Positions 47,272 to 55,391 of a DNA stretch of 55,391 nucleotides are shown piece by piece. The notes beneath the pieces were generated by a model that ran no database searches, was not told the origin of the DNA, and worked only from the letters and a program-made list of their open reading frames with translations. Position 1 is the stretch's first letter, and the number at the start of each line of letters is the position of its first letter. This stretch comes from a virus (taxonomy: Duplodnaviria > Caudoviricetes): positions 1 to 55,391 of the IMG/VR virus record IMGVR_UViG_3300037962_000555. The stretch is one strand, 5' to 3'. The translations under genes were made by a program, and so were the position numbers.

Positions 47272-47535
47272 ATGGCAGAAGCAGTAGAACGCACAGACGA
47301 AGAGAAAGCACAAGCTTTCGCAGCGATGACCGGAAGTATTTCCGTGATTGACAATGTGCTTGATGACGATAACGAGTTCTGCAATGACATGACAAAAGCA
47401 GAAAAGAAAGAGCGTGTCATGCGAAGTGCTGGTTACATGTCTTATCAGAAAGCATTAAGTGATTGGGGGTCAGAAGACTTTACTGCGATTGACGCTGCGA
47501 TTAAGAAAGCAGAAGACTACGATCCTAGCGCATAG
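47272..47535 (+). CDS. Small fibre-associated protein
   Basis: 87 aa with SD directly after the fibre gene; W..EDFTAI..AI. Confidence 0.65.
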   Translation: MAEAVERTDEEKAQAFAAMTGSISVIDNVLDDDNEFCNDMTKAEKKERVMRSAGYMSYQKALSDWGSEDFTAIDAAIKKAEDYDPSA

Positions 47536-47601
47536 ATGGTAGAATTGTTATTGGTAGTATTAGTTATATTGCCGATAATAGTTTTTAGTCATTTGTGGTG
47601 A
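47536..47601 (+). CDS. Possible 21-aa hydrophobic peptide
   Basis: MVELLLVVLVILPIIVFSHLW fills the intergenic gap. Confidence 0.35.
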   Translation: MVELLLVVLVILPIIVFSHLW

Positions 47602-47611
47602 GGAGACACTG

Positions 47612-48322
47612 ATGTCCGAAGTCAGACAAGAATATAAAATGCACTCGTTGCCAGCCGTCTTTTTGATGGAGGCGACACTATCTGATGAGATGGTCAACGA
47701 TCTGAACGAGTACCTGGATGATCTTTTGAATCAAGAAGACAGGGTATCTCATGCTGGTACGTTGGTTGGTCAGATCGGTAACGGCGAACAACTTACGATG
47801 GATCATAATCATCCGAAGCTTGGCAAGTTCAATGAGCTGATACAGATCATGGGTGCTGATTACGTCAAAAGCTTTGCTGGTTCTACGGTGAATCCTTTCA
47901 AAGAAAACCGTGTTGTAGAAACAGATGAGCTGTGGTCAGTACATAGCTATGCTGGTGATTACAACCCTATACATGATCATGGCACTAAGACCCTTATGGG
48001 TATCAGTTGTACGTGCTGGACTAAAGTACCACAACAGATATTAGATCAGCCGACCTCTGGCACAAGCGAATATGGTTTGTATAATTCTAGTGGTCACTCT
48101 GATGGATGTATTACATTTAATTATGGACAAGGATCGTTGATGGATACAGAGAGATTGCGTCCACCTCAGATGGTAATTATGAAACCCGAAGTTGGTAAGT
48201 TTTTTATGTTCCCTTCTTGGTTGCAACATAGTGTGTACCCATTTAAAGGAGATGGAGAGCGAAGAACAGTAGCAGCTAATTTAAATGTTTGGAGGATAGC
48301 AGATGACGGAACAAAGCACTGA
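47612..48322 (+). CDS. 2OG-Fe(II) oxygenase
   Basis: W......GDYNPIHDH, FPSWLQHSVYPF, ERRTVAAN. Confidence 0.88.
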   Translation: MSEVRQEYKMHSLPAVFLMEATLSDEMVNDLNEYLDDLLNQEDRVSHAGTLVGQIGNGEQLTMDHNHPKLGKFNELIQIMGADYVKSFAGSTVNPFKENRVVETDELWSVHSYAGDYNPIHDHGTKTLMGISCTCWTKVPQQILDQPTSGTSEYGLYNSSGHSDGCITFNYGQGSLMDTERLRPPQMVIMKPEVGKFFMFPSWLQHSVYPFKGDGERRTVAANLNVWRIADDGTKH

Positions 48323-48560
48323 AGAAACCCCAGTAGTCACCATCTTTGGCGAAGAGTACAAGATAGAAGACCTCAAGCCAGAAGAGCATCGTCAGATTGC
48401 TAGACTACAGAATCTCAAAGCAAGATTTGATAACACAATGAATCAGATAGCTGGTTTGCAGGAGGATGCCCATGACCTTCAACTTGCGATTGCTAAAAGA
48501 GAGATGGATCTCAAGAACTCTGTCAAAGCTGTTGAGGAAGAAAAAGAGATCGTCCAATGA
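48303..48560 (+). CDS. Small coiled-coil protein
   Basis: TI.GEEY.IEDL followed by heptad repeats. Confidence 0.65.
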   Translation: MTEQSTEETPVVTIFGEEYKIEDLKPEEHRQIARLQNLKARFDNTMNQIAGLQEDAHDLQLAIAKREMDLKNSVKAVEEEKEIVQ

Positions 48561-48751
48561 TGGATTTGATGGAGATACTCACACTTGCTACTACGGTGGT
48601 GACGGTTGCGTCTGCGGTCTGTGCGGCTACCCCTACACCCAAAGACGACGAGTTTATGGGGAAATACGTCTATCCATTCCTAGAAGCTTTAGCTTTGAAT
48701 ATAGGAAAAGCTAAACAGCCAGCACCTAAAGAAGAAATCCTAGATGGATGA
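48557..48751 (+). CDS. Small holin-like membrane protein
   Basis: Hydrophobic N-terminus, AS...A.TPTPKDD, LALNIGKAK. Confidence 0.55.
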   Translation: MMDLMEILTLATTVVTVASAVCAATPTPKDDEFMGKYVYPFLEALALNIGKAKQPAPKEEILDG

Positions 48752-48935
48752 GCAGGGGCAAAAAGCTCTGCAAGAAATCAACGCCCACGAGCGTGAGTGT
48801 GCTTTGCGGTATGAAAGGATCGAAGAGCGATTAGCTGACGGTTCAAGGCGGTTTGATCGATTAGAAAGAATGTTGTGGGGTGTGATAATCTTGATAATAG
48901 GAACTCTGTTAGTTCCACAATTTTTAGGAGGATAA
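48744..48935 (+). CDS. XhlA-like coiled coil + C-terminal TM protein
   Basis: HERECALRYE.I..RL..G..RF.RLE followed by TM. Confidence 0.6.
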   Translation: MDEQGQKALQEINAHERECALRYERIEERLADGSRRFDRLERMLWGVIILIIGTLLVPQFLGG

Positions 48936-48939
48936 ACTG

Positions 48940-49245
48940 ATGAGTGATGGTACTTCGGTAAAGATACCAACCTGGGCATTGCCCATAGGGGCTGCTGCCA
49001 TTTCTGGAGCTATTGCATGGGGTTCTATGCAAGCACAGGCACAAGCGACCAGTTCGGAGGTGGCTAGAATCGAGCAGGTGGTAAAGGAGACAGCGGAGAA
49101 AGCAGTAGCCAACGGGCAGCTTTCAGCAGTCAATCAGACACAGATCAAAGCGGTGGTGGACAGTCTCAGTCAACAGCAGGAGACGTTGAAGTCAACGGAC
49201 GAGAAGCTGGCTCAACTGATTCAGATAATGCTGCAGAAGCAGTAA
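48940..49245 (+). CDS. Membrane-anchored/exported coiled-coil protein
   Basis: AGGAGG SD, N-terminal hydrophobic segment, AQAQA, coiled coil. Confidence 0.7.
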   Translation: MSDGTSVKIPTWALPIGAAAISGAIAWGSMQAQAQATSSEVARIEQVVKETAEKAVANGQLSAVNQTQIKAVVDSLSQQQETLKSTDEKLAQLIQIMLQKQ

Positions 49246-49526
49246 GACTAGACTACGATCCCGAAGACCCTAATCGATTCTGTGACCTGAGAGAGTGGAA
49301 TAAACTAAAGCTTGTAAATCCCCCGGCAAAACGCCATCAGGTCGCAATGGAATGGTTAAGATTCAATCATCAACAGTGCGGCTATGGAGCGATGATCTAC
49401 GTTAGAAACAGTATGCCGAGAGTGTTAGGCACAGCGCATCAAGTTGATGTAGATGTGCTGACATGGGAGCTTGTTGCCCCGCAAGCAGAAAGAACTCAAG
49501 CACTCAAAAAGAAGCGTAGACTATGA
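49068..49526 (+). CDS. Start-less -1 frame ORF (152 codons), candidate frameshift extension of the 48940 gene
   Basis: Open from after TAG 49065-67 to TGA 49524-26; fills a 277-bp gap; ATGA overlap with next gene; two-Cys globular domain. Confidence 0.6.
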   Translation, partial: NRAGGKGDSGESSSQRAAFSSQSDTDQSGGGQSQSTAGDVEVNGREAGSTDSDNAAEAVRLDYDPEDPNRFCDLREWNKLKLVNPPAKRHQVAMEWLRFNHQQCGYGAMIYVRNSMPRVLGTAHQVDVDVLTWELVAPQAERTQALKKKRRL

Positions 49527-49783
49527 CGCTGATGATATTTGTTCTGGTGCTTCTAACTCCAGGTGGGGTGCCAACTGGGACGGAGTTGTATTTTCAAGAA
49601 CTGACTAGCTGCCTTGAATATCGTGATGCATTAGTTCATCAAAGCGTTCATACTCATAATTGGTTACGCAGTAAAACCAACAAGTTTGATGGTTTTTGTG
49701 AGGTGAGATTGATTCCTTCGTCAGAGGCTGGGAAAGGTAAATACATATTTAGAGACCCTGTTAGGAAGAAAGAAGATGAGTGA
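49523..49783 (+). CDS. Small exported protein with Cys pair
   Basis: Hydrophobic N-terminus, YF.....C...C. Confidence 0.65.
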   Translation: MTLMIFVLVLLTPGGVPTGTELYFQELTSCLEYRDALVHQSVHTHNWLRSKTNKFDGFCEVRLIPSSEAGKGKYIFRDPVRKKEDE

Positions 49784-50000
49784 AATACCCCCATTCCCAA
49801 ACAGCGTCAACGCTATACAGCAAGTCCCAAAACATCAAGTTCAAAAGATAGATATTGAACGAATGCAAGCTCGAGAGACTAACGCAAAGCAAGAGATAGT
49901 CACCACCATTTACGATGCGAAAATTTACACTTACAAAGGAGGTCAACTCAGTCAAACTTATCCTAAAGTGACAGGTCAACACATTTTGGTGACAGTATGA
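49776..50000 (+). CDS. Hypothetical protein
   Basis: 74 aa, coupled to neighbours. Confidence 0.6.
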   Translation: MSEIPPFPNSVNAIQQVPKHQVQKIDIERMQARETNAKQEIVTTIYDAKIYTYKGGQLSQTYPKVTGQHILVTV

Positions 50001-50320
50001 ATGCTAAAAAACTTCAGCCTAAATCAAGATACGCAGAGTATGATGTTGACGGTGACGGCACTGTTACTGATGAAGAGTTAACAAAACATACGGAGATGCT
50101 GCAACTTGAACTCCAAGAAGAAAAAGCAGACAGTCAAAGAAAAATGGCCTGGGTTGCTGTTGGGAGTATGTGCTTTTTCGCTCTTTTGCCTATTGCTCCT
50201 TTTGTCCCAAGTGACCGCCTTGACACCTTAGCAAGCATTAGTGATATGTTGTTCCTAAGCCAAGCATCAATAGTTGGCTTATACTTTGGCGCGACTGCAT
50301 ACATGAGCAAGAGGCCATAA
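49997..50320 (+). CDS. EF-hand-like loop + two TM protein (holin-like)
   Basis: DVDGDGTVTDEE, QRKMAW, YFG. Confidence 0.65.
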   Translation: MNAKKLQPKSRYAEYDVDGDGTVTDEELTKHTEMLQLELQEEKADSQRKMAWVAVGSMCFFALLPIAPFVPSDRLDTLASISDMLFLSQASIVGLYFGATAYMSKRP

Positions 50321-50700
50321 TGCCAAAAGCCAAAGAAAAAGAAGTCTATAACTACAAATGCACTTTGGTGAAAGTCGTGGACGGTGACACGATTGATGTT
50401 GATATCGATCTTGGATTCGATGTTTGGCTTCGTAATCAGAGAGTTAGGTTACATGGGATTGATACTCCTGAGTCTCGCACCCGCAACAAAGCAGAAAAAG
50501 TTCTTGGTCTAGCTGCGAAAGATTTTCTTACTCAACAATGTCGTAACAAGTTTACGATAACCTCCATGGGGCGAGGTAAGTTTGGCAGAATACTTGGTAT
50601 TGTTTATTCAGAAACGGGTATTGATATCTGCAAACTAATGATTAAGACCGGGCATGCTGTTGAATACTATGGTGGCAAGAAGACTAAGGTGTGGGCGTGA
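50320..50700 (+). CDS. Thermonuclease (SNase-like)
   Basis: KVVDGDT, RVRLHGIDTPE, GKFGRILG. Confidence 0.92.
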   Translation: MPKAKEKEVYNYKCTLVKVVDGDTIDVDIDLGFDVWLRNQRVRLHGIDTPESRTRNKAEKVLGLAAKDFLTQQCRNKFTITSMGRGKFGRILGIVYSETGIDICKLMIKTGHAVEYYGGKKTKVWA

Positions 50701-51080
50701 GCATTCTTAGTTCTCTGATAGGACCAGCGACAAAGCTTCTTGATAAAGTAATCGAGGACAAAGACCAAAAGAATGCGCTTGCACATGAGATTGCAACTAT
50801 GGCAGAGCGACACGCTCAAGAACTTGCACAAGGGCAGTTGGAAGTTAACAAAGTAGAAGCTGCACACAAGTCTTTGTTTGTAGCTGGTTGGAGGCCAGCC
50901 ATTGGTTGGGTGTGTGCTCTGGGGCTATTTTACAATGTGATACTTGCGAATATTATTGGTATCTGGGTTGATGTCCCAGAGATAGATACTACGCTTCTTG
51001 TTCCTGTCATGATGGGCATGCTTGGGCTTGGAGCGATGAGAAGTTATGAAAAGGTACAGGGGGTGAGTAGAGAGAAGTGA
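50697..51080 (+). CDS. Holin (3TM, GTA-type)
   Basis: FVAGWRPAIGWVC, GMLGLGAMRSYEK; start codon uncertain. Confidence 0.85.
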   Translation: MSILSSLIGPATKLLDKVIEDKDQKNALAHEIATMAERHAQELAQGQLEVNKVEAAHKSLFVAGWRPAIGWVCALGLFYNVILANIIGIWVDVPEIDTTLLVPVMMGMLGLGAMRSYEKVQGVSREK

Positions 51081-51529
51081 GCATGTGGAGTGCATATCGT
51101 AGGTTAAAAAACTTATCTAACATTAATGTTCCGCAACTTAACATTCTTAAGGCTACGCCAGAACCAAAGGGAAACAAAATGAGTCAGTTCAAATACTTTA
51201 AGTTAGAGGACTTTGACTGTCAGGAAACTGGCGAGAACGAGATGTCTATTGAGTTTATAGAACGCCTCGATGGTTTAAGATCTGTTTGCGGTTTTCCATT
51301 TATTGTTACTTCTGGTTACAGATCTCCCAACCACAGCATCGAGGCAAAGAAAGAACAGCCTGGTCAACACGCTCAAGGTATAGCCGCTGATATAAAAGTT
51401 GTAGGTGGCGCTCAAAGAAGATTGTTAGTAGAGAAAGCACTTGAGATGGGATTTACAGGAGTTGGCGTAGATAAGAACTTTATCCATGTTGATATAAGAA
51501 CCACAACTCCAGTGCTCTGGGTGTACTGA
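51077..51529 (+). CDS. Endolysin, peptidase M15A
   Basis: YF...DFDC, TSGYRS..H, HAQGIAADI, FIHVD; a start at ATG 51179 is also plausible. Confidence 0.88.
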   Translation: MSMWSAYRRLKNLSNINVPQLNILKATPEPKGNKMSQFKYFKLEDFDCQETGENEMSIEFIERLDGLRSVCGFPFIVTSGYRSPNHSIEAKKEQPGQHAQGIAADIKVVGGAQRRLLVEKALEMGFTGVGVDKNFIHVDIRTTTPVLWVY

Positions 51530-53418
51530 TGCCATTAGCTAAATTTATCTTTAATCCTGGGATCAACAAAGAAGGTACCGACTATACTGCAGAGGGTGGT
51601 TGGTTTGATGGCAACCTCGTTAGATTTAGAAAAGGTTTTCCAGAGAAGATAGGCGGCTGGCAAAAATATATCGAAACATCTTACGAAGGCACAGGCAGAA
51701 AGCTTCATGGTTGGGTTGACCTGGATGGTACAAAGCTTCTTGGTCTTGGCACACGATTTAAGCTCTACATACAAGAAGGCACAAGCTATAACGACATAAC
51801 ACCCATCAGATCTACAACCAGCGCGGGTGATGTGACATTTGCTGCAACCAACGGCTCAAGCACAATAACTGTGACTGACACCGCTCATGGTGCTGTTGAG
51901 GGTGATTTTGTCACGTTCTCAGGTGCGGCCTCTTTGGGTGGCAATGTTACTGCTGCGGTTTTAAATCAGGAATATCAGATAAACACAGTCCCATTGACAA
52001 GCACCTTTACCATAACTGCAAAGGACACCTCTGGAACAGAGGTCACAGCAAACTCCAGTGATAGTGGTAACGGTGGAGGTTCTGTTGTAGGCACATATCA
52101 GATTAATGTCGGTCTAGATGTATTTGTTGATGGCACAGGTTGGGGTGTTGGAGCTTGGAGTTCAGGCGCTTGGGGTTCAACAACATCTTTAACTGACTCT
52201 AATCAGCTGCGACTTTGGTCCATGGATAATTTTGGAGAAGACCTAGTATCTAACCCAAGAGGTGGCAGTATTTATTATTGGGATAAAACAAACGGTCTGA
52301 CAACTAGGGCTGTTGAGTTGTCATCTTTATCTGGAGCTAATCTCACACCGACAAAAGGTTTGCAGGTGATTGTTTCTGATGTTGATCGGCATGTCTTGAT
52401 TTTGGGCGCAGACCCGATAAACGATGCGGGTACAGCAAGAACTGGTTCGATTGATCCGCTGTTGATTGCTTTCTCTGATCAAGAAAACGCTGCAGAGTGG
52501 GAGCCAAAAGCAACTAACACTGCTGGTTCTCTTCGTTGCTCTGCAGGATCAGAGATAATAGGTGGATTGAGAGCCAGACAAGAAACTCTGATATGGACAG
52601 ACACGGCACTCTATAGTTTTCAGTTTGTCGGTCCACCTCTAACATTTGGTCTTAATCTTATTAACGAAGGCATTAGCCTTATCGGTCCTAACGCAGCAGT
52701 GAATACACCACAAGGTATATTCTGGATGGATAAGAAAGGGTTCTACAGCTATTCAGGCGCAGTCAGCCCATTACCTTGCAGTGTTCACTCTTATGTATTT
52801 GATGATATAAATGAGGGACAAGCGTTTCAGTTTTTTGCGTTTGTAAACAAACAGTTCAATGAGGTAGGGTGGTTCTATTGCTCCTCAGACACAACGGTTA
52901 TTGATAGATTTGTTGCTTACAACTACGTTGAACAGACATGGAATATAGGTCAATTATCAAGAACGGCATGGTTAGATGAAGGGATCGTCGCATTCCCAAG
53001 AGCCGCTGGGAAAGCAAGCTCAGTCGCATACCTCTATCAGCATGAAACTGGCCATGACGATGATGGGTCTCCTATGGATAACGTCTTTATTGAATCTGCT
53101 GATTTCGATATTGGTGATGGTGAGGACTTTCAATTTATTAAACGGATGATACCTGACGTTAAGTTCACTGGAACAGGTGGAAGCGATCAACAAATAAATG
53201 TGGTTTTAAAGCAGAGAAATTTCCCCGGTAACTCTTTAACCACAGATCAAACCACCAGCTTCACCGCATCAACTGCGAAGATAGATATGCGCGCCAGAGC
53301 TAGGCAAGCAGCTGTGCGTTTCGAGTCTGACGATGATGCAGAAAGCACATCAAGACTTGGCGTTGGTTTCAGGATCGGTGGCACAAGACTTGATATCAGG
53401 CCAAACGGAAGACGATGA
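51529..53418 (+). CDS. Tail nozzle / tubular B-like (DNA stabilisation) protein
   Basis: 629 aa beta-rich; PGINKE.T, VRFR.G.PEKIGGW, FSDQE, FNEV.WFY. Confidence 0.75.
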   Translation: MPLAKFIFNPGINKEGTDYTAEGGWFDGNLVRFRKGFPEKIGGWQKYIETSYEGTGRKLHGWVDLDGTKLLGLGTRFKLYIQEGTSYNDITPIRSTTSAGDVTFAATNGSSTITVTDTAHGAVEGDFVTFSGAASLGGNVTAAVLNQEYQINTVPLTSTFTITAKDTSGTEVTANSSDSGNGGGSVVGTYQINVGLDVFVDGTGWGVGAWSSGAWGSTTSLTDSNQLRLWSMDNFGEDLVSNPRGGSIYYWDKTNGLTTRAVELSSLSGANLTPTKGLQVIVSDVDRHVLILGADPINDAGTARTGSIDPLLIAFSDQENAAEWEPKATNTAGSLRCSAGSEIIGGLRARQETLIWTDTALYSFQFVGPPLTFGLNLINEGISLIGPNAAVNTPQGIFWMDKKGFYSYSGAVSPLPCSVHSYVFDDINEGQAFQFFAFVNKQFNEVGWFYCSSDTTVIDRFVAYNYVEQTWNIGQLSRTAWLDEGIVAFPRAAGKASSVAYLYQHETGHDDDGSPMDNVFIESADFDIGDGEDFQFIKRMIPDVKFTGTGGSDQQINVVLKQRNFPGNSLTTDQTTSFTASTAKIDMRARARQAAVRFESDDDAESTSRLGVGFRIGGTRLDIRPNGRR

Positions 53419-53744
53419 CCAAGTTATTACAGGGGAGACTGCCTTTCGAGCGTAACCAAGTTGTTGAGTCATCTACGTTCAACAAAACAGTTAGATTGTT
53501 AGAGCTCAGTCTTGATAGCTTTGACCCAGATGACACGCCACAGTTCACTGCAGAAAGAAGAGATCAGCTAAAATTTAACGCTGGCGCGGTGATTTGGAAT
53601 ACCACAGAGGGTGTTCTTCAAGTATATTTGGGTAACGTGTGGCAGAACATCTCCACACCATCAACGTCTGGACTGACTGCCACGGCTAGTGTCGGCACTG
53701 TCAGCGTTGCCACAAACGGTTCAACTATAGTGAGTATAAGTTAA
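53415..53744 (+). CDS. Small virion protein
   Basis: GAVIWNTT...LQVY.G..W fibre-like motif; C-terminal ATASVGTVSV. Confidence 0.6.
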   Translation: MTKLLQGRLPFERNQVVESSTFNKTVRLLELSLDSFDPDDTPQFTAERRDQLKFNAGAVIWNTTEGVLQVYLGNVWQNISTPSTSGLTATASVGTVSVATNGSTIVSIS

Positions 53745-53986
53745 TGACTAAGTTATGCCCTAGAGGTAAGGCTGCAGCTAAAAGAAAGTTCAAGGTATAC
53801 CCTTCGGCGTATGCAAATGCTTACGCAAGTCGAATCTGCGCTGGAAAGATTAAAGATCCTTCCGGTGTGAAGCGTAAAGACTTCAAAGGACCAAAGCCTA
53901 AGAACAAGAGAGATGGTGGTTTCATAGAGGCCAGAGGTCAGAACCGATTGATGGCAGGTAAACGGAAACGAACCAGGATGTCTTGA
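53744..53986 (+). CDS. Small basic conserved protein
   Basis: LCPRGKAAAKRKFKVYPSAYAN. Confidence 0.75.
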   Translation: MTKLCPRGKAAAKRKFKVYPSAYANAYASRICAGKIKDPSGVKRKDFKGPKPKNKRDGGFIEARGQNRLMAGKRKRTRMS

Positions 53987-54321
53987 TGAGCCTAAAAGAA
54001 TGGTTTGGAAAAGGTCCAAAAGGCGATTGGGTCGATATCGGAGCACCCAAGAAAGACGGCAAGTTTCAGAAATGCGGTCGAGCAAAGGGATCTAAACGTA
54101 AATATCCCAAATGTGTGCCTAGAGCAAAGGCTAAATCTATGACTGCAGGTGAAAGACGTAGCGCAGTTCAACGCAAAAGAGCCAAGCCACAAGGTGTTGG
54201 TGGAAAGCCAACGAATGTAAAGACAATTGTAAAGAAGTCTAACGGCGGTATGATGCGTAAAAATCACAGAGGGTGTGGCGCAGTCATGGCTGACAGAAGA
54301 AAGAGAACGAAGTACAGCTGA
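53986..54321 (+). CDS. Small basic conserved protein (DUF5872-like)
   Basis: LKEWF...WVDI...CGR...YPKCVP..KA. Confidence 0.7.
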   Translation: MSLKEWFGKGPKGDWVDIGAPKKDGKFQKCGRAKGSKRKYPKCVPRAKAKSMTAGERRSAVQRKRAKPQGVGGKPTNVKTIVKKSNGGMMRKNHRGCGAVMADRRKRTKYS

Positions 54322-54647
54322 TGTTTAAGCGATACGCAGAACAGTTTTCTAGTGGAGGAGAGGCTAAGAAACGAAAGCGGGATAAGATGCCAAAGCGCAA
54401 CAAGAAGAACTTTCGCCCCACAAAAGCTGGTGCTGGCATGACTGAGGCTGGCGTTAGAGCATATCGAAAAGCAAATCCTGGCAGCAAACTGCAGACTGCA
54501 GTGACAGAAAAGAAACCTACAGGCAAGCGCGCAGCAAGAAGAAAGTCTTTCTGTGCCAGATCTGCGGGTCAGATGAAGAAGTTTCCAAAAGCAGCGAAAG
54601 ATCCAAACTCTAGGCTAAGACAGGCCAGAAGACGTTGGAGATGTTAA
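54321..54647 (+). CDS. Small basic conserved protein (DUF6321-like)
   Basis: GMT.AG..AY..ANPGS.L, RRKSFCARS, DPNSR..QARRRW.C. Confidence 0.7.
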   Translation: MFKRYAEQFSSGGEAKKRKRDKMPKRNKKNFRPTKAGAGMTEAGVRAYRKANPGSKLQTAVTEKKPTGKRAARRKSFCARSAGQMKKFPKAAKDPNSRLRQARRRWRC

Positions 54648-54691
54648 TTGTTTTACATATACTAAAGGGTGGGTTTTAAGTGAATGATTCA

Positions 54692-55391
54692 ATGAAAAGA
54701 CCTCCTATGCAACAAGATGCAGAACGTCTAGCCGCGCAAGGTCGGTTTGGCGATTCTATGTTAGTGCACATGAATCCAGAGGAGGTTCAAGGTATTGCAT
54801 CTTTGGCTCCTGGCGGTCGGTTAACTATTAATCCTCAAACAGGTCAACCGGAGGCATTTTTATCAGCTATAGCAGCACTTGCCTCTAAAGCATTGCCATT
54901 TATAAAGGGCGCAGCTACTGCAAAAGCAGCATACGATGCGCTTAAGGGTCCGAAAGGCACAGGTCAAACAGCTGCAAACAGACAAAGACAACAACAACTT
55001 GATCAATATACTCAAGGTGTTCTGAGGGATGTCGGTCAATCACAAGCTTTTGCTATACCACAAACACTTAGAGACATGGTTGCTGCTGGTGATATAAGTA
55101 AAGCAACTAGTTTTTTACCTCAAGGTGTTGCTGGATTGAACTTGGCTTATCAAGGTATGCCAAATCAAATGTACGCAAACTATCAAACGCCAGAGAAGTT
55201 TGGAGAAAGGTTGGCTCCATTTGGAATGCCTGTTGGAGAACCAATGCCAACCCCTCAAATCGGCGGCATTGCAAATTTACCGACTGAAGTTGATGAGGGA
55301 GTTGGTGTTGATGTTGATGTCGACCAAGAAACACTTGATGACATAGTTGCTGAAATAAGACAAGACTTAGATATGCCAGTGAGGGGATCTT
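54692..55391 (+). CDS. N-terminal part of internal virion/ejection protein (3' partial, not in track)
   Basis: LAAQGRFGDSMLVHMNPEEV...TINPQTGQPEAF; frame open to the window end. Confidence 0.8.
   Translation, partial: MKRPPMQQDAERLAAQGRFGDSMLVHMNPEEVQGIASLAPGGRLTINPQTGQPEAFLSAIAALASKALPFIKGAATAKAAYDALKGPKGTGQTAANRQRQQQLDQYTQGVLRDVGQSQAFAIPQTLRDMVAAGDISKATSFLPQGVAGLNLAYQGMPNQMYANYQTPEKFGERLAPFGMPVGEPMPTPQIGGIANLPTEVDEGVGVDVDVDQETLDDIVAEIRQDLDMPVRGS

Larger units (their letters stand above)
1..55391. mobile_element. Tailed bacteriophage genome (podovirus-like, probably lytic), nearly complete
   Basis: terS, terL, portal, capsid, tail, fibre, lysis and replication genes present; no host housekeeping genes; the two ends fall in what looks like one gene. 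Confidence 0.96.

Noticed and set aside
55330-55391. Exact direct terminal repeat proving completeness
   Set aside because: 10 mismatches in 62 bp and located inside a coding sequence
1-55391. Stop-codon reassignment or introns/inteins
   Set aside because: Core genes are intact under the standard code, use all three stops and have normal lengths

Overview
Apparently near-complete, circularly permuted ~55.4 kb genome of a tailed dsDNA phage with a podovirus-type layout. It resembles marine/freshwater HTVC010P-like or uvMED-type phages (family-level recall, not searched); the host is probably proteobacterial. Module order: ejection/internal virion proteins (54.7 kb-end joined to 1-7.4 kb, +); recombination/replication block (7.8-15.5 kb, -: PD-(D/E)XK nuclease, SF2 helicase, DUF669 SSB, Sak4-like ATPase); primase-polymerase/helicase, PAPS-reductase-like gene, repeat-rich non-coding locus and terS (15.6-20.7 kb, +); presumed early block (20.7-26.9 kb, -: C5 methyltransferase, gp88-like, many small ORFs); then terL, portal, GroES, scaffold, capsid, tail, fibre, lysis and small basic proteins (27-54.6 kb, +). 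I found no integrase, RNA polymerase, family A/B DNA polymerase, tRNA or CRISPR. Best leads: (1) a C5-MTase whose motif IX and four PTP cassettes lie in a nested alternative frame; (2) a start-less -1 frame ORF in the lysis region, suggesting programmed frameshifting; (3) a parS-like palindrome right after the capsid gene, with no phage ParB; (4) an x-x-x-GG motif shared by many probable internal virion proteins, plus a candidate protease; (5) strand-polarised CTTGCG arrays; (6) an IHF-flanked GTGCA iteron locus; (7) a nucleotide-constrained ACGGG motif in the tail-fibre repeats. All product calls come from motif recognition and synteny only.
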